The notes beneath the pieces are model-generated. The model was not told where the DNA came from. It worked only from the letters and a program-made list of their open reading frames with translations, and did no database searches. Positions 25,574 to 37,171 of a stretch of 64,000 nt of DNA are shown here, in pieces. Made by a program: the position numbers and the translations under genes. Each line of letters begins with the position of its first letter. The stretch's first letter is position 1. The stretch comes from Pseudogymnoascus verrucosus (taxonomy: Eukaryota), in the NCBI GenBank assembly GCA_001662655.1, contig KV460231.1; one strand, 5' to 3'.

Positions 25574-26985
25574 CTACTTGATCTTCGGCAATACTCCCGC
25601 CTCCTCGAGCTCGGTGAAAGTCTCATCAAGCGCCTCCCAAGTGTCCACAAACCCTTCAAATCCCATCTTTCTAGCCTCCGTCATATTAAGCACCAGGTCA
25701 TAGTTCCTCCCCAGCACAAAATCCAAAAACTCCCACGTTGCCTGCTCAAACGCCTTCCGCTCCAGGCCCTCCCTCGCCGCTATGTCGTTCCACACTTTCT
25801 TCACCTTTTCGTCCTTGCTCCACTCGCTGAGTTTGATACGCTGTTCCAGCGTACTTGGCTTAACGGCTGCAGTGCCTTTGAGGCCGATTTCTGAAGCTAA
25901 TGCATCGATGGGAGGGCGCGAGAGGGTGGTGCTTGAGGCAAGTGGTGAGGGGCGCGTGAACTGGTTGGCGGGGATCTTGCATTTGAAGCGCGCGGCGAGC
26001 TTGGGCCAGAGATTTTGCCAGGATTGAACGTCGCCGTTGACGACGTTGAAGGCACGGTTGGCAGCTTTGGGTGCAAGGATTGCCCAGAGCGCAAATTCTG
26101 TACTGAGTTTAGTTTGGGAGGTTTGTATAATTGAAGAAAAGGCTAAATCTTACCAGCGTGGAGCTTGCTCGAAGTAAAGGTATCAAATCTAGTGTAGAAT
26201 GTTTCGGCGCCAGGGAAAGGAAGCTCTTGATTGATCTCTTTGTTGATAGCAGCATAAATTCCAAGACTGGTGGAGAGGTTCATGAAATTTCCTGATTGGT
26301 TTAGTATGGCATATGAGTATTAAGAAAGATAATGCGTACCACGAGCCATCCCAATGACGTCGTTAGGGTATGTCACAACCTGTTATTTCTTGTCAGCAAA
26401 CGCCCATATTCTGGGAACAGAATCGGCATACCCATTCCCAGCCTCCATTGGCAGCTTGCTTTTTCAGGATCTCTTGCTGGTTGTAATAGAAATTAGGGGG
26501 CCACTCCGAACCCGTCAACCACGGGTCAGACTCCTCCATTGGGTTCTTTGCTTGTCCAAGGTGGACTCCATACTGCTTTGCCCCTGTCACCAGCAGCACT
26601 CTCTTCAGCTTCTTATTAGCGCCCGTAATCTTCAGTGCCTCCAAGAAGTTCTCTAGAAGGGCGCCATTAACATCCCAACTCTCTTGCTCTGACTCTTTCT
26701 GGATGTAAGCTGCGAAGAACAAATATTCGGCTTCGACGCCTTTCAGTTCATTCGCAATGGAATTGGGGTCTCCACTTAGATCCACATGGCGATGCTTCAC
26801 TGTAGAGGGGTATTCCTCTTTCTGGGACCTTGAGATGGCATGGATAGTAGACCATTGTTTCTGGTCTTTCCCGAGTGCCAGGACTATCTCACGCCCAAGT
26901 ATTCCTTTGTGAGTGTTAGCAGACGCTGTCACGGATTGGGTTGGTGTATCCTGCCTGTCGCTCCAGTTACTATTGCAGAAGGCAT
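25574..26985 (-). CDS. Atypical SDR of the PRISE/progesterone-5beta-reductase-like family (NAD(P)-dependent epimerase/reductase)
   Basis: AIVTGATGILG Rossmann motif; VTGAKQYGVHLG, NFYYNQ, FNVVNGD and WQNLWP motifs; four introns. Confidence 0.85.
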
Positions 26986-28228
26986 ATTTGAAGATATGTA
27001 AGTATTTCTATGTTGAAATTATCTTGCTGCATATTAGCCATTTATAAGTCAATAAGCCCTACGTTTGGCGTGACGTCACAGCTATATCTCGCCCTCCATC
27101 GAGGTAAGTCACATGACTGCCCTTCTCATATTCCCATTGACAACAAGTTTGTTATCCCCCTAAGCGAACCAAAACCTTATAAGGTCAATTAACCTACTCT
27201 CAAGTACGTTTGGTCTCGTGGCAGAGTGATAGCTCTCATTAACGTCACCAGACAATATGAAATCTCGAAGTCATTGTGGTGGGCGCTCCCCGCAGATTCC
27301 CTGAACGGCGATAAGGAGGTTTGGTTACTGGTTTCAGTCCGGTGCAGGAAGCTGCCAGCATCGGTTCGAAACCTAGTTCTTTTGTTAAATTTTCGTATTT
27401 TTGTCCCTGCTGCTCCTTTGTATTAACTATCAAACTACACAGTTGCCCATGTTATAAAAAGTGCCAAGCGAAGACTAAGATTAATAGTAGGGGTTTTGAT
27501 GCCAAGTGCTCGCTTCGCTTGTGAGATAAAGAGAGACTGTGCATAACAGCACTATCACGCAACTACCGGAACTCGTTCATTTGGCAGTAATAATTTCGGT
27601 GTCGCTGGATCATGTGGAAGCGTGAGACCGATGGGCGGTATTGTGACCACTACAGTACTGTAAGAACTTCTTGTAACATAGAAGATCTTGTGCTCGGCAG
27701 TGAGCCCTCGGAACTATGTTGGGTGAGCCGCCTCTCGACTTAGTGATCGACCTGCTGCCACCAATCTCCACTAGCACGGGGTCTGGCAGGTGTTGCTCCA
27801 CCCGACCACCCGGTAAGTGATTTAAGCCAGGGATCGTGCTTTCCCACCTTCTTGGCACAACACCTTAAATAATTCAACGAGAGTATCAGATACAACCTGG
27901 GGGATGGGCTTGTCTATTGTCCTTTAACTACGGTGGTGACACATTCTATATGGTTGTGATGCAAAACATCAGGGCTGGTGGCGCAGCTGAGTCCGTCAGC
28001 AGACCTGGATTTTGATCACGAGGACTCGTGAATCAACTTTACTGCTGTGAATAATTTCGGAAAGCCACCAAACTACGCACGAACATGCCAAGAATCGTAT
28101 ACCTGATATACTACTTCAATGAAATTAAGTGCGAATAAATACTCAACCGACTCCTACACCAATACTCTAGTCCACAATCCTCACTCACTCGTTGCACACC
28201 CTCAAATAAGCTAAAGGCAGTGGGCAAA

Positions 28229-29880
28229 ATGGGCGTATCACAGAGCGCTCTCGAGAAATCAATCAGCGCAGCCCTTGGTGGTGACGAGGCCCTTTACGCG
28301 TTCCCTGGGAAGCCTTTCTATCAAATAGATAATGTCAAACCTTATAATCTTTCAATACCAATCAAGCCGGCTGCAATAACATACCCGAAGACCTCTACTC
28401 AAGTTGCGGCAATCATCAAATGCGCGGTGGATGCGAATGTCAAAGTCCAGGCTCGAAGCGGTGGCCATAGCTATGGCAATTATTGTATGTCCCTCCTCTC
28501 AAATAGAATGTTAAAGTACTGAAACCATGCAGCCCTTGGTGGAGTGAACGGTGCAGTTGTTATCGACTTGAGGCACTTTCAGCAGTTTTCCATGGATCAT
28601 ACAACCTGGCAGGCCACAGTAGGACCAGGCACTTTGCTCGGCGACCTCACAAAACGTATGCACGAAGCTGGCAACCGTGCCATGGCGCACGGCATATGCC
28701 CACAAGTCGGACTCGGTGGACACGCGACAAGTATGTATCTGACCCTCAACCACATTCTGCCCCATTTCTCAGAGTTCAAAGCCTTTCTTTCCTTGATTAT
28801 TCAATTGCTGACTCCAATACCTTTGCAGTCGGTGGCCTAGGACCAAGCTCACGTCTCTGGGGGTCTGCTCTTGACCATATTGAGGAAGTCGAGATCGTAC
28901 TTGCAGATTCAACAATCAGGCGCTGCTCAGCTACACAAAATCCTGATATTTTCTGGGCGGTGAAAGGAGCGGCTGCGAGCTTTGGTGTCGTGACTGAATT
29001 CAAGCTTCGCACAGAGCCAGAGCCTGGTGAAGTTGTTCAATTCGAGTACTCATTCACGGTAGGCTCGTTTGCATCTCAAGCGGCAGTGTTTAAGAGATGG
29101 CAGAGTTTGGTTGCCGATCCAGAACTTACACGCAAGTTCGCTACCAAAGTTGCCATTTCTGTGGTGGGGATGATTATTTCCGGGACGTATTTTGGCCCTC
29201 AGGCTGAATATGACGCTTTCGACATGCAAAGTAAACTCGGGGGAGAGTCAGTTGCTAAAACAATTGTGTTCAGAGACTGGCTGGGAGTCGTGGGCCATTG
29301 GGCTGAAGATGCTGCGTTGCTTTTTGCAGGCGGACTGCCCTCTCATTTCTATAACAAGACCTTGACTTTCAATGGCGCTACTTTGATCCCGGACGCGGTC
29401 ATTGATACCCTCTTTGCGTATTTGGACAGAGTTTCGAAGGGAACGGTGATTTGGTTCCTCATCTTTAGCTTGGCTGGCGGGGCTGTGAACGATATTGCTC
29501 ATGACGCGACTTCTTACGCCCACCGGGACGCACTGTTTTACTTCGAGTCATATGGGATTAGCTTGGTTAAGGTTTCAAAAACGACCAAGGACTTTATTGC
29601 TGGCATCAATACAACGCTTAAGAATGGGGTGCCAGGAGTAGAAGACCTTGGATCGTACGCAGGTTATGTGGACCCGGAGCTCTCGAATGGGCCGCAACAG
29701 TATTGGCGTACGAATCTTCCTAGGTTGGAGCAGATTAAGGCCGTCGTCGACCCCGGCGATGTTTTTCACAATCCACAGAGCGTGAGCCCGGCGGGTTCAA
29801 CACGCAGTCTGTCCAAGCTTATGGTCGGAAAACGAGCCAAATTGAGATCTTTCTTCCGTCATCGAAAAGGTCGAAACTGA
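28229..29880 (+). CDS. FAD-linked oxidase of the berberine-bridge/AA7 family, no signal peptide, 3 exons
   Basis: ARSGGHSY and HGICPQVGLGGH (His and Cys for bicovalent FAD), FWAVKGA, YAGYVDP and DPGDVFHNPQS motifs. Confidence 0.9.
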
Positions 29881-30404
29881 TCATTATTTTTGCATCGTTA
29901 GCTCATGGAGTCTTGAATGGGCAGATTAAGAACTGCTAGGGGCTAGGTCTTGATTCCCAAGAAAATGATATGTCTAATTTCCTACAAGAGACCAAGGCAC
30001 CACCACTTGAATTATGAAATAATAGCTGAAATCGCCCATAATTGTGAGCTTCGTATGTTAAATTCTTATTATCCAATCAAAGTATTTCCGTCTTCAAGTA
30101 AATACGAGTAAAGTGACGTTATTATACAAGGCGACTGTTAAGCCATAAAAGTCCACGCACTTAGTAATTCGGGCGTTTGGCGTGATAAAGTACTGCCCCC
30201 CTTGTGGAATATGTCGGCCCGTTCCGTGGCGCCCCACTCACGAAACTAACGTCCACCATGTTCGACCCTCAGGTTACAACCTGATGTCGGCGACGCCAGT
30301 AGGTTATAATCACACGTTTACCTCGCATTTTCCTGCTACATACCAAGAACTACATGCCAAAAGATAACATCCACAACCCACCTCACGCTCTAGAATCAGC
30401 CACC

Positions 30405-31066
30405 ATGTTCATTAAGAACCTCAGGAGAAAATGGTCAAGCAAACCTGTAAGTCAACAGAGCGGTTCTGCCAGAATCTGCTCTTACCCGTACTGTATTTCT
30501 CTTACTGAGACTGTTTTCAGTGTGTAGCTAGCACTGCCACTCCACAGCTGTATCTTGCTTTCTATGCACGTCTGAAGTATCCCAACACATATCACTATGC
30601 TCTCCACATCTCCTCTCCTGAAAGCGCATCCAGCCCAGCAATTCGCACTATGAAGTATCACTGCAAAAATATTATCACGGTGACCGACGGCACTGTCTCA
30701 ATACCTTGGGTTTACGAGGCAGTCAAGATAGACCCAGACTCTGATCCCCGTATTGTCGTGAGGATCCTTCTGGGAGGCGTGAGCCGCATAGATCTTGTGG
30801 ACTCTTTGCTTGAAGCTGTTCCAGTTGGGCAAGGCAGCAAGGAGGATTTTAATTGCGTTTCCTGGGTCAGAGATACTCTGCTTCGACTCAACCAAGTTGG
30901 AGTAATAAGTCGGGGAGACATCTCTGACTGGGATGCCGTTGAACGCACAGGCTTAGACTATGTTAATGAAAAGAAGCAGCAGGGGAGGTTTGAATCTGGC
31001 TGGAAAGGCGATATTTCCAGAGTAGCTACTTTTGACAGGACTCTGGGGCGGGAAATATATCCATAG
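30405..31066 (+). CDS. Conserved fungal hypothetical protein (DUF6914-like), 2 exons
   Basis: Spliced product MFIKNLRRKWSSKP/CV...LYLAFYAR..YHYALHIS..KYHCKN..FNCVSWVRD; GTAAGT...CAG intron about 30447-30520. Confidence 0.65.
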
Positions 31067-31179
31067 ACGATCGGCGTCACCAGAGTATCACAAATCACGT
31101 GGGGGTGAGACGCGAACTTCAATCATGAAACTCCAGCAACAGGACTATCACTACCATATCCTCACACTCAACAACAAAC

Positions 31180-32398
31180 ATGTCGGTCTCACGGCTTACC
31201 ACGATTGCCCTCCTTGGGCTAATTACCGTCGCCTCGATACCATGCATTATGATACTTCACTTCCGAGTTGGCACTTTCGACCTGATGGAATCCATCTCCC
31301 AGAAAGCCCCGCACTTGCTCCTCGGTGGGCCGGCTGTGTTACGCACGGTGTACTCACACTTTGGGCCTCTGGATGCGCAACTTACCAGTCTGATACGCTT
31401 CTTCTGGCCAGTTGTCACAGGGGCAACGCCGGAGCTATCACTTTTTGGTGTCTACATGGGTGGCCAACTTCTCTCATGCTTGGCCTTAGTCCTTATTGAG
31501 GGCGAGCGTAAGGGGAATGCCTGGAGTCCCATTGGGTTGTAGGTCTTCTTATCCTTTTCATCTAGTTATAAATCTAACATTCTGTCGCAGTCCAACATTC
31601 TGGGCAACGTCGTGGGTGTTTATTCCTTTCGGGTTTGTGCAACCAATTCACAATCTCATCCACGTGCTCTTCTCGTCTCAGGGACGAGCCAAAGGAGAGG
31701 TCGATGCAAACGCAATATCCGCCAACGCAAAGCGCATAGTGCTACTTCCAGTATCGTTGACCCTCGGCTACATCATCCCTTCATTCGTGATCTGCCTCCC
31801 ATCTCCAGAGGTCGTATCGCATCACGATCGCCAGGGGTTCCTCATCGCGTGGCAATTCTTTGCTATATGGACAGCTATCTCGCAGTTTATTCTAACGAGA
31901 CTGGTATCCGATAATATAATCAATCGGCTCCTGGGTATTGGAGAGTCTCCTCAGAGACGGGCGGCCACAGCACTCCGTTACACGTACAATTTCGTCCTTA
32001 TGGTAACAGTACTTACTCACTCTCTAATTCTAGATACCGTTCTATGCCACGCTTTCATCCCGTCCTACTTCCCTGCAACTATCGATCAGCTGCATCCGCT
32101 CCTCGTTTTCCAACCAATATCGCCTTTCTCGAATGAGAAATTGGAGGCATTTGAGCGCGGCATACTCAGCCTTCTACAGTACGATACCTACTTTGCGGGC
32201 GCTAGCTCGCTCATCTGGGCATTGTATCTGTATAGCTGCGTGAAGCCGAATGCGACGTTTGCGGGGCTGGTTGGGAAAGCTACGCTCTTTACGGTATTAT
32301 TTGGGCCGTGTGGCGCTGCTCTGGCTGTTATGAAGGAGAGGGATGAGGCCGTTTTTGTGGATTCTACAGAGAGTGATACTCCAAAAAAGCAGAATTGA
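31180..32398 (+). CDS. Multi-pass membrane protein resembling CtvD/AtmA-type secondary-metabolism proteins, 2 exons
   Basis: PLDAQLTSLIRFFWP, LIEGERKGN, LGYIIPS, AWQFF, LLQYD and GPCGA..M.ERDE motifs; intron about 31539-31590. Confidence 0.6.
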
Positions 32399-33644
32399 AG
32401 GACGGCGAGAGAGCTGGCGTCCCCTTTCACAGGAGTCCGGTGCAGTTTGATTTATAAGAGTCTAAAATTGACAGTTATCATCGTGCCATTTTTTAAGTCA
32501 AGCGCATCCCATCATCACATGGCCCATTATACGGAAGTATCGGATATCTCATCCGAAGATAGTCTCTACTGAATATAAATGGTCATGATATCCGAAATAT
32601 CACCCTATCCGTAGAATCCATCTGCCACCAAAGCAATCCCCGACTTCCCGAATAAGTTCGCATATTCCCCCACAACTCCCTCACACCAGCTTCACCAGCA
32701 CAGCCCATGTCGCACCTCCACGTCGTCTTAGTTTTACAGTCCATATTTAACTTCCAGGGCGCCAATAAGACCTCCCACACCCGTGTCTCATATCGCGCCA
32801 AGAACCCTACAGTATCAACGTGCACAGCCCCGCCCCGCAGATCGTCCGTCCTCCCTGCACAGCCCCACCTCACCACCAATTGCTCCTACGAGCCTCATCG
32901 TCAAACACCGTAAAAGCATTGTCAGCACCTTACCAAAGATTAATGGACTCCCATTTGTGGACTGAAAGATACGAGGGCTATTATCTCAGCATGCACAATT
33001 TCTCGTTCCTGCGGGTGGCCGTCCGCCAAGCGGCTCTAGGGGAGCTTTTTGGACCCTAGCCTAGGTCCCTACTTACATACATGGACGACAGACGCGTCAC
33101 CTTCGCCCCCCGTGTGATTTTACTACTCTCTTAGTCTTCTGTGCCTCTGTACATGCCAAAGAATTGATCAATATTCCAAAGCCCGCTATCCTTTCTAACG
33201 GATACGAGGTTGCCGGTTGTCCGTTTCACAATGGCGGAGCCAATCAAGGGGATGGTTTGCCCCGAGGGGGCCGGTTCTGACGTAGTTATCCGCAGCTAAG
33301 ATCTTCTGCGCAGTGCGTTTCAAAATAGAAACTCTAGCTTTGTGGATGTTGAGCTGGGTTTATAAGACGGCGTGGAAGGATGTGATGGGGGTGATTGTAA
33401 TATAAGAAAACATCATCAACCCAGAACGAAACGGACCTAAGCCAAACCAAAGCAGAGTGAAGATAGGGAAGCATCATAAGCCAAGGATAAACGGATCTAA
33501 ACCATAGCACGATCGGCATATTCTCCACATATCGTTGCTCTACTGAAAGCATCGAAAGTTAGCAGTAGACTTTAACTACGTCCCTCCGCTCTATCCGCGT
33601 CACTCGTTCCTCGACACTTTCCATAAATCATATTCACACCCAAA

Positions 33645-34106
33645 ATGCATATCTCAAACCTCCTCCTCATCGCCGCCCTCCCCGCCCTCTCCCTCGCCCA
33701 ATCCCTCGATTCCCTCGCCTCAGACGTCCCATTATGTGCCGTACGTCCTCCCCTCTCCAACCCCCCCGGCGCAGCATTTTGCTAACACTTTCCCCAGTTA
33801 GGACCCTTATCTATCGCCGCGGGGGAGAACAACTGTAATATGGAGGCGACGTGTCTCTGCAAGGACCAGACTTTCATTAGCTCCTTAACGAAGAAGGTGG
33901 AGGCCGCGTGCTCGAAGGCTGATTTGGATAAGGTGGTCACGCTTGCGACGAATGCGTGTCAGAGTGCGGGTGTGACGGTGGATATTCCGGTTAATAATTC
34001 GACGACTAGTTCGACGGATGCTTCGGGGTGGGGGGAGAGGTCGTCGTCGGTGAGCTGGGTGATGATGGTTGGAGTTCTGGGGTTGGCGACGCAGGCGGTG
34101 CTATAG
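33645..34106 (+). CDS. Small secreted CFEM-domain protein with a GPI signal, 2 exons
   Basis: Signal peptide MHISNLLLIAALPALSLA; VPLCA..C..CLC..C..C pattern; Ser/Thr linker; hydrophobic C-terminus; intron 33741-33797. Confidence 0.75.
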
Positions 34107-34156
34107 ATTGGGGGTTGGGAATTGGGAATTGGGAATGGGGTTGGGAAAGAATTATT

Positions 34157-34194
34157 AGGATACCAGGATACCAGGATACCAGGATACCAGGATA
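34157..34194. repeat. (AGGATACC)4.75 octamer microsatellite, preceded by TTGGGAA repeats
   Basis: Directly visible downstream of the CFEM stop codon. Confidence 0.9.
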
Positions 34195-34574
34195 TTAGAG
34201 GGAGCATAACTTGCATTTGGGAATAAAGGATTGCATGGGAAGGGAATATATATCAGAGCGGCCCTGCTGATTCAGGTACCGTTCACGGCAGGGAGGAGAT
34301 AGACAATAGAGATCGCTAGCATTTAGCCCTCGAGGGCATATCGAGGGCATATTCACGAATAGAACCGCATATTTAGACACAAGATCGATTTGACACAATG
34401 ATTGAGTTTGCAAAATAGTTAGACTTCTATATAGCTCTGTATTTTATATCCATCCCCATCTAACCCACTCGCGCACCCGCTGTAAACTAACCAACCTTTT
34501 ACAAACCCCCAAATCAACCCGTCTTATCTATCCATCTATCAACCTCCATTACCATTCCATCACCCAACACCCAT

Positions 34575-35653
34575 TTAAAACGCAAAGACCTGGTCCTCAA
34601 GCTTGCTAACCGGCTTCGCCTTGGTGAATCCCAGACCCTCAGTGGCCTTCTTCATCGCGCTAATCATAGGTGGTGGTCCGCAAAGGAGAACCTTCACATC
34701 CGCAGCCGCCTTAGGCAGGAACTTAGCAATCATCTCTGGGGTAACGAAGCCAACGCCGCCAGTCCATCCCTCAGGAGGGTTGTTAAGGACGTAGTGGACA
34801 CGGAATCCCTTATCAGCCGCGGCGAGCGCATCGAGGTCCTCCTTGAGCAGGATATCCTCCACGTTGACGTTGGCGAAGAGCAGGTCGATCTCAGTGGTAT
34901 CTCCAGCAGCGCGGCCGCGGATAACGGCGCGGATAACCTGGAGCATGGGGGTGATACCGGTGCCACCTGCGATCATACCGAAGTGGCGGACCATGTTGGG
35001 GGTGTAGACCATGGCGCCCTTGGGGCCCTTGACCTTGATGGTCTGTCCGACGATCAGGGAGGCCATGTACTTGGAGATGTTGCCGGTGGGATAGGACTTG
35101 ATGAGCAGGTCGAAGTAGCCGGGTTGGTGGTCACCGGAGATGGGGGTGTAGGAGCGGAGGAAATCCTTGCGGATAGCCTCGCCCTCTGGGTTCGTGGTGG
35201 GGAGGTTCGCGGAGATGGAGATGTGTTGGCCGATTGGGAGGCCGAGGATCGAGTTGGGAGTTGGGAGCTTGAAGCGGTAGCTGTGGGGGGGTGGTTGTCA
35301 GTGGGGTTTTTCAAAAGGGCGTCCAGACGTGGTTACTCACATTGCGACATTGTGGGAAATGATGGTCTTCTCCTTCAGCTCGAATTCTTGGAGGGCATCG
35401 GGCCTGAGGACTGCCTTAGGATCTGCGCGGTATGTCAGTGACCATTTATCTCATGGATCTCATGTTGTGGGAAAGGGGTTGTGGACATACAGCTGTCGAA
35501 GATCTTCCATCCTGCAAGAGCTGCTGAAAGAGCAATCGCATACGGAAGCCATTCGCTCTTAACGATGAAGCAGCCGAAGATCAGAAGGCCAGAAGGGATA
35601 TAAATGCCATTGATGAAGGCGGACGACGTGAACTTGCTCGCAGAGTCGGACAT
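34575..35653 (-). CDS. CBR1: NADH-cytochrome b5 reductase, 3 exons
   Basis: N-terminal membrane anchor; [32 protein letters not shown] and LCGPPPM motifs. Confidence 0.92.
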
Positions 35654-36335
35654 GGTGAGTTGAGAAGCAGGGGTTGCCTGTGACAAAATTGTTGAGAGAG
35701 AGGAAAAGGCGCGCCGTGAGTAGAATTCGCAAGTGTCGCTTCGAACTTAACGATAGCGGCGCCGGACACTATAAATCAACACAATGAGGGGTAGAAACTG
35801 CAGAAGATAGCGCGCAGTTCTTAAGTTTATACCCGTGGGGAGTGTGGGGTTGGGACGGTTTATTGTTCGGCAAGTACGTCGAAAAGCTACGAATTGGATT
35901 TCTCGGTCTGGAACCGGCGAAGCGGGGCCGGGGTATGCTAGTAGGTGTGGCCGTCAACCTTGAAGTTCGAAAATCCAAGCAAGCTTATTTATTATCATCT
36001 TCCGGAACAAAATAACTTTACGCTGGTAATCTTTTGTAATATATATATTTACACTACGTCTATGTAGATGATTGATAATCTACCTTCAGCTGTAATTCTT
36101 CAGCTGCAGCCTCAGCTTCTGTCATGTAACCTGAGAATTCTTAAAAATCCAATGCACGTGCTTATAATTGTCGGAACAGACCCCGGATCGGTTCCGACGA
36201 TTATCTCACTTCATGGCTTGGTAATTAAAGACCTCGGGAAACTGGCCCCAACTTCGCAGAGAACAACCATGTGCTTGATGGCTAGCACCGGCCTTTTTGC
36301 AATATACAAAAATATAAGCATAGCTAATGTATTTC

Positions 36336-36357
36336 AAAGAAGAAAAATGCAAAAAGA
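36336..36357 (-). terminator. Pol III oligo-T terminator of the tRNA-Pro gene
   Basis: Two T5 tracts immediately 3' of the tRNA on the minus strand. Confidence 0.7.
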
Positions 36358-36360
36358 ATG

Positions 36361-36452
36361 GGGTCTTGCCCGAGATCGAATCGGGGACCTCTCGCAAATT
36401 GTAGCTGTAGGGTGAGCCCTAAGCGAGAATCATACCACTAGACCACAAGACC
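36361..36452 (-). tRNA. tRNA-Pro(AGG) with a 20-nt intron
   Basis: Acceptor stem GGTCTTG/CAAGACC; D arm TGGTCTAGTGGTATGA; anticodon arm CTCGC-TTAGGG[intron]T-GCGAG; T arm CCCGA-TTCGATC-TCGGG; 72 nt after splicing. Confidence 0.93.
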
Positions 36453-37171
36453 CGTTGTTGATTTATGATAGGGGTAGGCTATACGACCTTATAAGCCAAA
36501 CACATGTGTAGATATAGTTGAAATCAGGTCGACTATGAAATGGCGGATGCTCATCTCGTGCCTTAACATGCCTTTTATTCAAAAGTCTGAATATTATGTG
36601 ACAAGCAAAATATTTATATAAATCTAGCTTCTGTTAGAATTATGGGTACTACGTTAAATATTGACTTATTAAAGGCCTCTCGTTGTGGTGAATAAATATT
36701 AAATATTTTGGGCGATAAATAATAAAATTTATATGACAGTAAATTAGAGTTATAGCCACCATAGTTGAATACCTATGGTCCCTTGAACACCAATATAGGA
36801 ACGGTAAATATAAAGGCTAACATACGTATAAACCTATATTTGTTCATTTATGAATGACTTCTCCTATGTGCTTACTTATTGGTGCGTGGGGTTGACCATG
36901 CACTGAAAAAGGTCATCGACAATTCAGTAGCGAACGTAAGACAAATTTTAATAGCCCCAATATTTCAAGAAACAGATCCTGGGACGATGCCGGGATGATA
37001 TCGAAAGACATGGCAGTAGTTTAAGAAGACACCGAAATTGTGTCAAAAGAGGTTGCAGTAGTTTGAAGAGAAGTACATTTTATACACCCCTATGCTAATG
37101 GTACAATATCTTCCGCCCCGGCAATGCTTCTATCCCAACATGACGTTTCCTAGATATACAGTGGTGCCAGT

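Noticed and set aside
36460..36960. AT-rich tract next to the tRNA as a RIP-mutated transposon relic
   Set aside because: No terminal repeats or coding remnants recognisable; AT-rich tRNA flanks are common.
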